A DNA stretch of 64,000 nucleotides from an uncultured virus (IMG/VR IMGVR_UViG_3300026549_002537). Its lineage: Duplodnaviria > Heunggongvirae > Uroviricota > Caudoviricetes. The notes below the pieces were generated by a model, which had not been told where the DNA came from, ran no database searches, and saw only the letters and a list, made by a program, of their open reading frames with translations. Below, one piece after another: positions 9,335 through 18,858 of this stretch. The translations under genes were made by a program, and so were the position numbers. Each line of letters opens with the position of its first letter. Positions within the stretch are counted from its first letter, which is position 1. The DNA is taken from the IMG/VR virus record IMGVR_UViG_3300026549_002537; one strand, 5' to 3'.

Positions 9335-9821
9335 TGTTATAAAGTTGGTTTACCCAGTCACGCGCCGAATCTTTCTCCACCCATCCTGCAGCAAGGGTCT
9401 GCTGGATGAAGGAAATTGCACCAGTATAGAAGTCCGTAAACGCGTTCATGCTGTTGAATGTGTGGTACATCGGCAGTCCGTCGGCATCCTCTCCAAGCTT
9501 GAACTTGATGGGGAGCGTGGCACCGCCCGTCTGTACGGCGACGTCATAGGCCGCCTTGAAGTTGAACTGGTTCTCAGATGAAAGGTACACATTCTTACCC
9601 TGCCACCGATAGCCAGTGATAATCTTCTGATCCGTAAGTGAGTCCACATGGTCTGTGATGACCTTCAGCAGCTCTGCTGCCGTCGGCTGACGGTCAAACC
9701 TGTGCCGATAGTCGAAACCCTGGCCATCCTCTTCACCATGACCGTAAATCAGAACACATTGGCCCGTACCAAGCACTATTAGCTGGTCGTGCCTCTCTTC
9801 TGCTCCATAACACTTTTCCAT
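9327..9821 (-). CDS. Phage hypothetical protein (DUF4376-like; possible fibre-assembly factor)
   Basis: VYLSSENQFNFKAAYD...LPIKFKLG motif; lies between the RT and the holin. Confidence 0.55.
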   Translation of the reverse strand: MEKCYGAEERHDQLIVLGTGQCVLIYGHGEEDGQGFDYRHRFDRQPTAAELLKVITDHVDSLTDQKIITGYRWQGKNVYLSSENQFNFKAAYDVAVQTGGATLPIKFKLGEDADGLPMYHTFNSMNAFTDFYTGAISFIQQTLAAGWVEKDSARDWVNQLYNNE

Positions 9822-9832
9822 AGTTGTATTCT

Positions 9833-11143
9833 TTATGTGAATTGATACCGAACCTTCCCCTGACCGAAGTACTGGGGCTTGATAGTGGTCTCAAAAGGAA
9901 TATTGCCAGCCTTCTTGAACTCTTCAAGCCAGAACTTCTGTTCCGAGTCGTTTGTAAGATACTTGCACAGAACGCCGTCCTGCTTCTTGTACTGGACTAC
10001 ATAGCGAGGCCCGTTCTGGGTCTGCACGTCCGGCTCGAAGTCGAGGACGGTAATCTGCATGTTCACCAGTGAGCGCAGATTCTCCGGTGTTCCCGGAAGG
10101 ATCCGCTTTCCATCCTTGCCAGTGTAGTCAACACCAGCGCCTTGTCTTTTTTTCTTCAATTCTGCAAATGATTCCATATTCTTTCCTGTTAATGTTTTAT
10201 ACAAATTCTTGCAGTCACCCCATTTGGCCATGCCTTTGAGGCTTCCGATGATTTCCTGCCTACGCTTGCGACTCTTGACCTTTGACAGCTTGCGGGCCGC
10301 TTTCTGCTTAGTCCTTTTCCTGAGTCGTGCCTTTTCGCCGTCGTACACGAAGCCGAGGAAGTCTATTCCCTCCTTGATGGGCTTCACGCTCTCATTGGGC
10401 TTTATCTGGAGGCCTAACTCTGCAACCTTCTCATGCATAATGTCGCGGAGCATCCAGAGCTTACTCTTGGAGTCTGCCAGTATGACGATGTCGTCACAAT
10501 AGCGGTAGTAGTACTTGACTCCCAGCACATCCTTGAAGTAGTGGTCGATACAGCTCAGTATGATGTTACCGTAACACTGGCTCGACCTCAGACCGATGGA
10601 GAGGCCCTTCGGCATCATGGTGATGAAGCTATGCAGGATCGGTAGAAGAACGGGGTCTTTTATGTAGTGCTTCACGCACCGCCACATCACTTCCTGGTCT
10701 ATCGACTCAAAGAACTTCTTGATGTCGCACTTGTAAAAGAACCTCGTGCCTTCCGGGTCGCTCTCGATGTCGTGGCGCATCTTCTCGAAAAGATGGTGCA
10801 TTCCACGACCGGGGATGCTTGCTGCAGATGTCTTGATTACGCCCGGATATAGCACATCTTCAACGATACGCATGATGGCGTTGCATCCTACCCTGTCAGT
10901 CACGCACGGGCTTTGCACCAGTCTTATCTTAGGCCCGTCCGTTACAAGCATTTCCTGATAGCCCCTCACCCTGAAAGTGCCGTCGGATATCTCCTTTGTC
11001 AGCCAGGCGATAATCGTTTCACGCTTGTTACGATAGTATGTACGCCTTGGCTCCTTTAGCTGGTCAACCACTTCGTCAAATGCCCGATCCATATTGGAAC
11101 GCTCAACGATCCTTGCGACCAGATGACCATATCTTTTAGCCAT
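9833..11143 (-). CDS. DGR reverse transcriptase with C-terminal extension
   Basis: KCDIKKFFESID, GLSIGLRSSQCYGN, YYYRYCDDIVIL, GIDFLGF; adjacent TR/VR pair. Start taken at MAKRYGH; the ORF track starts at 11176. Confidence 0.95.
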   Translation of the reverse strand: MAKRYGHLVARIVERSNMDRAFDEVVDQLKEPRRTYYRNKRETIIAWLTKEISDGTFRVRGYQEMLVTDGPKIRLVQSPCVTDRVGCNAIMRIVEDVLYPGVIKTSAASIPGRGMHHLFEKMRHDIESDPEGTRFFYKCDIKKFFESIDQEVMWRCVKHYIKDPVLLPILHSFITMMPKGLSIGLRSSQCYGNIILSCIDHYFKDVLGVKYYYRYCDDIVILADSKSKLWMLRDIMHEKVAELGLQIKPNESVKPIKEGIDFLGFVYDGEKARLRKRTKQKAARKLSKVKSRKRRQEIIGSLKGMAKWGDCKNLYKTLTGKNMESFAELKKKRQGAGVDYTGKDGKRILPGTPENLRSLVNMQITVLDFEPDVQTQNGPRYVVQYKKQDGVLCKYLTNDSEQKFWLEEFKKAGNIPFETTIKPQYFGQGKVRYQFT

Positions 11144-11365
11144 TACAATTCTTCTTCGTTCGTGTGGCCATAGCATGTTCGAGCAGATGCCTACTTATCC
11201 ATAATCGGCCACACCCTGTGATGTTCCAGTTTTCCATCCTGTAAAGGATGCTGTTACTGAGGCTCAAATCCCTCGCCGTCAGCCTTCACCCATCCCGTGA
11301 GTGTTCGCCGTAGCGACGATTGTTTCTCCAGGTGATTGCTCACCGTGAAGCAGAGTTTCGATTTA
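11144..11365 (-). other. TR-RT spacer, candidate structured cis-element of the DGR RNA
   Basis: Non-coding gap 3' of the TR; small hairpin catcct-gtaa-aggatg at 11235-11250. Confidence 0.5.
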
Positions 11366-11480
11366 GCAGAGCCGACCACCGTTGTTCGTGTTCGAGTTCG
11401 TGGAGGCGTTATTCGTGTTCGAATAAGCGACACCCGCGTTCGCATTCGCATTGTTGTTCGAGCGACCGAGCACCCGGCCT
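11366..11480 (-). repeat. DGR template repeat (TR)
   Basis: 115 bp, intergenic, 12 AAY codons (reads GRVLGRSNNNANANAGVAYSNTNNASTNSNTNNGGRLC then TAA); differs from VR1 and VR2 only at A. Confidence 0.97.
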
Positions 11481-11528
11481 GTGGGATTTTCTACCTTTTT
11501 CATATTTCAATCTCGTTTCCCGTTCGGG

Positions 11529-11546
11529 GGTGGCCCTTCGGCCACC
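11529..11546 (-). promoter_or_regulatory. GC-rich hairpin/cruciform downstream of VR1 (DGR homing element)
   Basis: ggtggcc-gaag-ggccacc: 7-bp perfect stem, 4-nt loop, just after the target stop codon. Confidence 0.75.
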
Positions 11547-11551
11547 ACGTT

Positions 11552-14500
11552 CTACGCTGCCGCTTCAAGCTCGCTCTCGTTCTCAATCTCACCGAAGAAG
11601 CAGAGCCGACCACCGCTGTCCGCGTGCGAGTACGCGGAGGCGCCATCCGTGCTCGAACAAGCGACACCCGCGTACGCACTCGCATAGCTGCCCGAGCGAC
11701 CGAGCACCCGGCCTCGACCGCTATTAGTGGACTGATAAGCGGCATAGCACATAGCGTAGGTGGTCTCACCAGTATATGATGATACCACAATCTCACATCG
11801 TCTGCCGAAGCGGACACGGGCTGCACAGGTAGCCTGATTCTGGGTAGCTGCCTTAACCCTGCGCTCATTGCCGTCCTGTTGCAAGATGTTGTAGAAGTAG
11901 TCTATGGGATAGCTGTTGTTCGCGTCTGGCCGCTTGTCTTTGAGGAACTTGGCAAACGACGGCGCATTCATGCAGCCCTTGTCAGTCCACTCGTAGGTTG
12001 ATGCCGTCCAGCACTCAAGACCCCACATCTTGTTATGCTGGTTCTGTTCTGCATAGTCGGAGTCACCCATACCGATATTGTTGCGGACACCAGTTGTCTC
12101 ACCAGCCGAAGAACCGCGTCCTACGATGGTTTCAATGTCCCTGGTGCCGAACCATGCCATCAGCAGGTTTGCCATATCCTTCGATGTCTCGAAAGGCACG
12201 GTGGTATATTCACCGTTGAGAACTCCAGACTGATAGGTACGGTATCTTGCAAGGTTGAAGAAATCCTGTGCCGTACCGTTCAGCTTTGTCCCTGGGAGAT
12301 TTGTCGGGTTACCGTTGCCGTCATACGTCCAGTTGGAATTAGTTGTCGATGTACCATTACCGCGTATCACCACCTTTCCGCTGATGGAGCGTAAACCTCC
12401 AGTGGCAATGCCTCCAGATGCTCCGCTCATACCCTCGGCCCAACCTTGATAGATACCTATAAGCTCTGACTTGTGCTCTACCCAGTCAGGCTCGATGGCC
12501 TCCACTTCCATGCTGTCGGTAAGAATGACCTCCGGCAAGGTGGCTGCCGACTCCTTCGTACATGCGAAATAGATATACTTGGCATTCTCCGGGATAGTCA
12601 GGAAGATGTAGTCGCCTATGTTGTTGTCGAAGTCCGCAGGGTTGACAATGGATCCGTTCACGATGATATCCTGCATTTCAAATTTGAAGACCTGCAGCAC
12701 CTTGTTATTGAAGCCGACGAAGAGGACACATGCGAGGCCGTCGCTCCTGTCATGGTAGCCCGGGAACCTCACCTGTTTCATACCGCCGCTAACGTCCACC
12801 TTGTAAGTGTCGATGGCGTTTGAATTGTAAAGCAGGGCCTCGTTCATGGTGTCGCCTACATGGTGTCTCGTATTCAGTGGCACCGAGTCGGCCAGCTTGG
12901 TAACTGCTGCATCCGTAAGCTGTAACCTTGTCGTCATGCTTGCCGTGCTTTCTGGTACTGTGGTACGGTTTGAGAGGAACAGGTGCTTCCTTGCATTCTT
13001 ATAGTCGTTGACACCCTTGTAGTGGTACTTCGGTACATATAAGAACACGTCACGCAGAAGGACTGACGAGTTACCTGTGATATCGGCAGACGTGCCGTCC
13101 GCTTTCAGAGTATAGTTCGCCTTTGAAAGAGGCTCAACGTGCATCTTGTGGGTGTCAGGATTGACGTATGCAGTAACAGGCACACAACGGTCATGAATCA
13201 GCTCTACATGACCCGAATGGAAATATCCGTTGGGGTGTTCCGTCGTGCTGTCTGCTCCTGCCCGATAGTCATAGCCAGTCTTGTTGTCCTCATTGGTGAT
13301 GTTCGACGGGTCTGTTTCCTCGTCGTTGAAGATATACTCCGAATACTGGCTTTCGATGACGGTAAGGCCGCAGCGCTCGAAGAACGTCTGCATGGCGGCG
13401 AAGTCATCCACAACGTCGATAAGCTGCACGGTTCCGATCAGTGCCGGGTAGGTCTGCTCTGCACCTGTGGCGGTGAGGCCCATGAAGCCAGACATGAACG
13501 GTCTCAGTACAGAGGAACGTACACGTCCGCTCATTCCCTCTATGCGCACATGGTCGATGTTCTGGCACTGCTGGAGCAGGATTCTCCAGTCGAGGTTAGG
13601 ACACTCGGCGAAGTTGAGCGCACGTACAGAGGACGCATTCTGCAATGTAAGCCCGCTATGGGTGAGGTTTGGAAGGTAACGCAAAGTCAGCGTCTGCAAA
13701 GTAGAAGGCAACGTGAGAGTTGTTACAGGCGCACCTTCAGCTATGCTTACCTTGGTGAATGACGTGCCTCCTGCAAGCATGGTTGTCAAGCGAGTGTGCT
13801 TCGATACGTCAAACTCTCCTGGTGTTCCAGAATGTACGGCTGTCTGTCCCGTCACGTCAATATACTGGAGCTTCGATATGTCGCCAAATGTGATAGGAGC
13901 GTTAGCAATGCCATTGGTTGCAGGCATCACCAGTTTCTCCAGCATCGTACAAAGAGAGAGGTTTACGGTGCCATTCAATTGACTACCCATATTGGTGAAG
14001 TCAAGTTCCTTGATACATGAAGCGCCGCCCAGCATAAGCGGGTCGTTGGTCGCAAGATGCTGGGTGAAGTTCAATGTAAGATTCTCACCCTGTGCTGCTT
14101 GTGAAGGGCCTTGTAGCCAGAGACCATTCAGCTTGTAGCCGAAATAGTATAGGTCACCACTCTTCAACGTCAAACTGGATGGGGTGTCATTGGCATTGCG
14201 TACAACGGTGAAGGTAATCACATCACCATTATAATCACCTGCTCCGTATCTGGCATCGAGAAGCCTTGCGCGGTCTGTAAGGAAAGCGGTACGGTGTGCC
14301 TCACGGTTTCCTGTCAGCGTATAGACATAGTTCATTCTGTCTATGGTGTCGATATACTTCAACTTGCCAGACTTGTTATACTGACGTTCACTCCAGTTGC
14401 CCTGCATATTGATATTGAACTCTTCCAGCATCTTTGCAGTGGTGAGCTGGTTGCGAAGGTTGGCGGCACATTGCTTCAACTCATCCTCAAAGTTGGCCAG

Positions 14501-17500
14501 TACCAGGCACCATAACCATGAGCTGTGGCCCTCAAAGGCATATTTTGAACGTTCATTGTCGTAGGTGTCCCTGGTGACATTATAGAGGTACACCATAAAA
14601 GCATCGTTACGGATAGACTGAGCGGTATCACCGTCATAGTAGGTAGCCCACCATTTGAGGCCGTCCCATGTACGCCAAAGGATATTCTTGGCTCTCTGGT
14701 CAACGCTTGCCCAATAGTCCGTGAACAGATAATATGTCAATAGGTGATTCACGTTGAAATACTGCGAGGCCTCATTTTTGAACTTAGTGCTTACCCACTT
14801 GGCCTTTGAAACGTCACTCCAGCCTGCGGACGTGCCGTAGTCTGGGTTGGTTCTCATGGCAGAAGGTACGCAGTCATAGATCCATCCCATCCAACGCTTG
14901 ATAGCGTCTCTGGCTCCTGGTGCAGGCTTCACGCTCCACTTGTTTTTTGCAGAATCCCATTGTCCTTCATCTATGTTGGCCCACTTTGCATCCTCCGGAA
15001 AGTTGAATTCAAATCCATTGTCAAACTCTGCTGCCAGTTGGTTTGCAAGTGCATTGCTGTTAGCTGTACCAGCAGGTTGGAACAGGGTCATAGGCGAAGA
15101 GTTGTTCAAAGCCTCCAGTGCGATAGAAAGTGGGTTGTTCTCTGAACCGCTAAAGCCAGTAACACCCTCCATTCCGAATATCTTGCCGGACTTGGATTTC
15201 TCATTGTTGAGAACGAACTGGCCGCGATATGTCAATGCACCTTGCTCACTGGTTCCGCAGAAGATGTCACAGGGAAGTCCATCAATGGCCTGTCTCACCC
15301 TTGCATCATGCTCTTGCGGTGGCGTTTCAAGATGCAGTGCTTTCATTACGGTATCGAAAAGGTGAGCACCGCCAGTGTTCAGTACCAGAGAGGAATCCAC
15401 GAAGTCAGTCTTACAACAGATAACACCCTGCTCGATACTGTTACCTTCACCTCTTAAAGGATAGCCTTTGCCGGAGGCCGTTACATCTGTAGTACCGATG
15501 ACAAGTGAGCGTGTACCATCCTGTTCAGTGGTCAGGTAGATACGGATATTCTTATATGGGTACTTGACCGACGAAGTACCTTGGATTCTGACTCTGACAT
15601 TCCTTGCCTCGAAGCCCTCGCCGATCTTGTTTCCGTTGGCATCCAAAGGAGGATCCCACCTTACGAGGTCTGCCTTGAAGTTCTGCTTTTTATCTACGCA
15701 GGTGAAGAGGTCATCCATGCCGTCGCCGCTGTCACCGCTACGAATGATAGTCAACACTCCATGACCCTTTGACAGCAATGCATCACGGCTTATGGCGAGA
15801 TTACCATCAGAATCAGCCGTATTGTTGCTGTCACCAACGGCATTGTTGTTGTGGGCATCCTGTATCTCTGCTGCCGTCGGACGGTCAAGAATCCAGTTTG
15901 ACAATACCTCATCCGCTGTCAGAGGCGTACGATAGTAGCGCATACCCCTGATTCTGACATCAGCCTTATCGCTGTCAACGGTAATCATCTGCGGGGTGTT
16001 CTGTCTCAAAGCACCAGAATAGCGGTTGGCACGGCTTAATACACCATTGATGAACAGCATTGCCAATCCGTTACCGTTGGTCACTGGCAAAACAACGAAG
16101 GTGATATGCAGCCATTTGTCAGGACTGATATTCATGGAAACACCGTGCGGACGTGTCACCTTCAAAGGCACTTTGTGAGATTCATCAACGATGTTGCCCT
16201 CATAGTCGATGTAGTTGCCATTCTCATCAACCAAATCTTCAGCTGTAGTGATTTCCTCAACTCCACCGAAGTACAGTCCTGCCTCTTCCGTTGTAATCTT
16301 GATACCCATTGGATATCCTTGCCCTCCGTTATCCCAGAGACAGCTAACAACGGTTGCGCCACGCTGCATGACCTGCGAAATCTTCAACTCCATTTCAAAG
16401 GTCATACCGCTGTTCTGTATGGAGTAGTCATTATCGGATGAATCAAGAACGAATGGCATGATGTTGTGAACGGACTTTGCGCCATTTGTCAGCAGCAGGG
16501 CCGTTACTCCCTGCTGGTCGGTGTTCCAACCGTTGGTGCGGAAGTCAACGCCTGTAAACGTCGTGATACCGCCCCAGTCGCTTCGTGTGGCAAGGCTCTC
16601 GCTGTTGGTGCGCCCGTTTGCAGTCAGTTTGTTCCTGTAGCCGACAGCCTCAGTTTCTGTCACTCCTGCAGATGCGGACACAACCACGGCGAATGTGCGC
16701 GTCACGCTGCCGACAGAGATTGTCAGGGTATGGGTACCGCTCTCGTCGAAACGCTGGTTGAGCATCTGCATGGTACGGTCTGCAGAAAGGGTCTGTGTGG
16801 TCACTCCGTCAACGGCCACGACGACATTTGCCTCCAGTGAGTCTGCCTGCCATACGGCATAGTCCAAGGAGAGTGATCCGAACTGCTCAGCAGAAAGAGG
16901 TACAGCCTCGTTGCCGTAGGCGTATGGGAGAGGCATTTCCGAAAGCTGGGAAATAGGAACGGACATTCTGAAACCGAGGTAATTGTTTGAACTACCTGCT
17001 TTCAGTAAGTCGATGCTTACGACGTTGCTCAAAAGCCCGGAACTGACTGCTACGAGCTGGATATTGTGCCGTCCAGCCGAAAGGTCAGCCGCCGTCAGAT
17101 AGAGATTGCCCCTGGCTGTGCCGCTGACGGTTGCAGTATCAAACAGAACACCGTCCTTATAGATGTAGATAGTGGTGCCAGCAGGAACGGTGTAGGTATA
17201 AGGTATAGTGATAGTCTGCCCGTTCACGAAGCCGTTACTCAGGGCCAGAGCCGATGCCGGGTCAAAGGAGGTGGCCAAGTCCATGGTGATGACGCTCACG
17301 CTCTTGAATCCCTGCGCCCTCTGAGGTTCCTCGCCATATACCGTCTGTGCAATGACGTAGATGTTCACCGTGCCAGCCTGTGTGATGACATCAGGGCCAA
17401 GGGTCAGCACCTCGGTAGTTCCTGCTGCCACCATCGGCTTGGTAACGCTATATACCTCGGTAGTTCCAATCAATGCGCGTATGGTGATTGTCTGCGCTGC

Positions 17501-18064
17501 CGTACCGCTCGAAGTCTGCACACCCTCTTCCTGAATGATGTGGTCATACGTCCACCTCACGCTGATGGAGTCGCCGAGCTTCACACGGGCAGGTGTCAGA
17601 AGCTCCGTTGCAACCCTCGGGAACGTCACGGTTCCAATCTCACTTGCTGCAGGGATTCTGACAGAGGCAAAGTCGGTGCCTTGCTCGTTGGTGAAAACGA
17701 GGTCTAGCTGTGACGAGTCGCCCTCTACAGGATCGGTGCGGATGCTGTCGATTGTATTGCCCTTGATGCTGTTTATCTCATGCGCAACAGCCGCATTCTG
17801 GACAGCATTAGGACTTTCCTCAGACAATGACTGGTCAACGACGGGAAGGGTGATATCCACCACTCCGTTAACGTCCTTTGACTGCATCTGGTTATTCACT
17901 CTGATTCCAGACATCTTGCCTGCAATCGATGTGTCGTGAGAACCCAACTTCGCTTGAAGTGATTTCTCGATGTCGTAGCCGTAGTAGTCATCGAAATTGC
18001 CGTTGACAATATCAAACTGAACACCTTCGGCCTTGCTTCTTGGTTTGTTACTTCTTCTTGCCAT
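11552..18064 (-). CDS. Large DGR target protein (Ig-like/LamG + CotH-kinase-like + LRR + C-terminal CLec-type variable domain); putative virion adhesin
   Basis: WLHITFV...LFINGV (LamG-like); RIQGTSS..YPYKN, DQRAKN, YYDGDT (CotH-like); LxxLxL repeats; C-terminus contains VR1. Confidence 0.8.
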   Translation of the reverse strand: MARRSNKPRSKAEGVQFDIVNGNFDDYYGYDIEKSLQAKLGSHDTSIAGKMSGIRVNNQMQSKDVNGVVDITLPVVDQSLSEESPNAVQNAAVAHEINSIKGNTIDSIRTDPVEGDSSQLDLVFTNEQGTDFASVRIPAASEIGTVTFPRVATELLTPARVKLGDSISVRWTYDHIIQEEGVQTSSGTAAQTITIRALIGTTEVYSVTKPMVAAGTTEVLTLGPDVITQAGTVNIYVIAQTVYGEEPQRAQGFKSVSVITMDLATSFDPASALALSNGFVNGQTITIPYTYTVPAGTTIYIYKDGVLFDTATVSGTARGNLYLTAADLSAGRHNIQLVAVSSGLLSNVVSIDLLKAGSSNNYLGFRMSVPISQLSEMPLPYAYGNEAVPLSAEQFGSLSLDYAVWQADSLEANVVVAVDGVTTQTLSADRTMQMLNQRFDESGTHTLTISVGSVTRTFAVVVSASAGVTETEAVGYRNKLTANGRTNSESLATRSDWGGITTFTGVDFRTNGWNTDQQGVTALLLTNGAKSVHNIMPFVLDSSDNDYSIQNSGMTFEMELKISQVMQRGATVVSCLWDNGGQGYPMGIKITTEEAGLYFGGVEEITTAEDLVDENGNYIDYEGNIVDESHKVPLKVTRPHGVSMNISPDKWLHITFVVLPVTNGNGLAMLFINGVLSRANRYSGALRQNTPQMITVDSDKADVRIRGMRYYRTPLTADEVLSNWILDRPTAAEIQDAHNNNAVGDSNNTADSDGNLAISRDALLSKGHGVLTIIRSGDSGDGMDDLFTCVDKKQNFKADLVRWDPPLDANGNKIGEGFEARNVRVRIQGTSSVKYPYKNIRIYLTTEQDGTRSLVIGTTDVTASGKGYPLRGEGNSIEQGVICCKTDFVDSSLVLNTGGAHLFDTVMKALHLETPPQEHDARVRQAIDGLPCDIFCGTSEQGALTYRGQFVLNNEKSKSGKIFGMEGVTGFSGSENNPLSIALEALNNSSPMTLFQPAGTANSNALANQLAAEFDNGFEFNFPEDAKWANIDEGQWDSAKNKWSVKPAPGARDAIKRWMGWIYDCVPSAMRTNPDYGTSAGWSDVSKAKWVSTKFKNEASQYFNVNHLLTYYLFTDYWASVDQRAKNILWRTWDGLKWWATYYDGDTAQSIRNDAFMVYLYNVTRDTYDNERSKYAFEGHSSWLWCLVLANFEDELKQCAANLRNQLTTAKMLEEFNINMQGNWSERQYNKSGKLKYIDTIDRMNYVYTLTGNREAHRTAFLTDRARLLDARYGAGDYNGDVITFTVVRNANDTPSSLTLKSGDLYYFGYKLNGLWLQGPSQAAQGENLTLNFTQHLATNDPLMLGGASCIKELDFTNMGSQLNGTVNLSLCTMLEKLVMPATNGIANAPITFGDISKLQYIDVTGQTAVHSGTPGEFDVSKHTRLTTMLAGGTSFTKVSIAEGAPVTTLTLPSTLQTLTLRYLPNLTHSGLTLQNASSVRALNFAECPNLDWRILLQQCQNIDHVRIEGMSGRVRSSVLRPFMSGFMGLTATGAEQTYPALIGTVQLIDVVDDFAAMQTFFERCGLTVIESQYSEYIFNDEETDPSNITNEDNKTGYDYRAGADSTTEHPNGYFHSGHVELIHDRCVPVTAYVNPDTHKMHVEPLSKANYTLKADGTSADITGNSSVLLRDVFLYVPKYHYKGVNDYKNARKHLFLSNRTTVPESTASMTTRLQLTDAAVTKLADSVPLNTRHHVGDTMNEALLYNSNAIDTYKVDVSGGMKQVRFPGYHDRSDGLACVLFVGFNNKVLQVFKFEMQDIIVNGSIVNPADFDNNIGDYIFLTIPENAKYIYFACTKESAATLPEVILTDSMEVEAIEPDWVEHKSELIGIYQGWAEGMSGASGGIATGGLRSISGKVVIRGNGTSTTNSNWTYDGNGNPTNLPGTKLNGTAQDFFNLARYRTYQSGVLNGEYTTVPFETSKDMANLLMAWFGTRDIETIVGRGSSAGETTGVRNNIGMGDSDYAEQNQHNKMWGLECWTASTYEWTDKGCMNAPSFAKFLKDKRPDANNSYPIDYFYNILQQDGNERRVKAATQNQATCAARVRFGRRCEIVVSSYTGETTYAMCYAAYQSTNSGRGRVLGRSGSYASAYAGVACSSTDGASAYSHADSGGRLCFFGEIENESELEAAA
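11600..11714 (-). repeat. DGR variable repeat VR1
   Basis: 17 mismatches to the TR, all at TR adenines (13 A>G, 3 A>T, 1 A>C). Confidence 0.97.
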
Positions 18065-18081
18065 ATTTCTTGTTTATTTAC

Positions 18082-18258
18082 TTAGGTTGTTCCCTTCCAG
18101 CCTTCTTCGCCAATCCAAGGCTTATCACCTATCCATGCCCCGGAACCGAAGCATGAGCGAACGGCCATCCATACGAGCAACAGGCCGCGATATACGGCCA
18201 TCGCCACCTTATTTCCCTTCCTCCGGGAAACGAGTTCATGACCACCCTTGATAATCAT
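18082..18258 (-). CDS. Small phage tail-region protein (58 aa)
   Basis: Hand-translated MIIKGGHELVSRRKGNKVAMAVYRGLLLVWMAVRSCFGSGAWIGDKPWIGEEGWKGTT; fills the gap in the operon. Confidence 0.7.
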   Translation of the reverse strand: MIIKGGHELVSRRKGNKVAMAVYRGLLLVWMAVRSCFGSGAWIGDKPWIGEEGWKGTT

Positions 18259-18260
18259 AG

Positions 18261-18572
18261 CTATTCCTCATAGATGTTATACTCAGTGTCTGCCGCCACC
18301 GTCCCTGCTGAGACGAGGGCATCGTACTGCTCCTGAGTGAGCCAGACACTCTTTGTAGATGCTTTCAGCAGGTTGATGTCCTGCGTGTTCTGCGCCAGAC
18401 GCTCACCATGTGTGCCAAGCGTCTCGTTGATTGTCCCGATGGCCGTCTTGTGGCCATTCAGAATACCAGCGTTGTTGTTCACAACCTCCTTCACCTCATT
18501 GGCCTCAGTAGCCGTCCACAGGTCACCCCTGCTCTTGGCCGCATAGCCGATTGTCATTACATTCTCTGCCAT
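18261..18572 (-). CDS. Phage tail-region hypothetical protein
   Basis: TATEANEVKEVVN and LTQEQYDAL...YNIYEE motifs. Confidence 0.7.
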   Translation of the reverse strand: MAENVMTIGYAAKSRGDLWTATEANEVKEVVNNNAGILNGHKTAIGTINETLGTHGERLAQNTQDINLLKASTKSVWLTQEQYDALVSAGTVAADTEYNIYEE

Positions 18573-18573
18573 A

Positions 18574-18858
18574 TTATACTATTATTCTGTCGGTTTCTGA
18601 TTCTAACTCGAAGTCCAGGGCATATGGGAACCCGAAGCCTTTCTCCATCGGGAAATCAAGCGTGTAGTCAAAGCCTACATGAGTGCCAGCATCCAAAATG
18701 TCGCTGTGCTTCAGGGCATTCAGAATGATTGGCAGCTCGTTCGTGGTAAGCTGTGGCTTGTCACTGTTGAGCAACCTGATGGAGACCTTGACAACACCGT
18801 TGGCAAGTACCTCTCTCCCCTGTACGATGAACCCTATCTTATTATTGCTGTTTGCCAT
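18574..18858 (-). CDS. Hypothetical protein
   Basis: Tightly packed ORF; FDYTLDF / FPYALDF repeats. Confidence 0.65.
   Translation of the reverse strand: MANSNNKIGFIVQGREVLANGVVKVSIRLLNSDKPQLTTNELPIILNALKHSDILDAGTHVGFDYTLDFPMEKGFGFPYALDFELESETDRIIV

Noticed and set aside
9833..11176. RT as a group II intron, retron or Abi RT
   Set aside because: An adjacent TR and two VRs with strictly adenine-specific differences identify a DGR; I saw no intron or msr/msd features
11254..11868. Short ORFs overlapping TR/VR1 (65, 135, 147, 78 and 122 aa)
   Set aside because: Alternative-frame or antisense readings of the repeats; none resembles Avd
18082..18258. Suspected frameshifted pseudogene upstream of the DGR target
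   Set aside because: Re-reading gives an intact 58-aa ORF that is just below the ORF-track length cutoff
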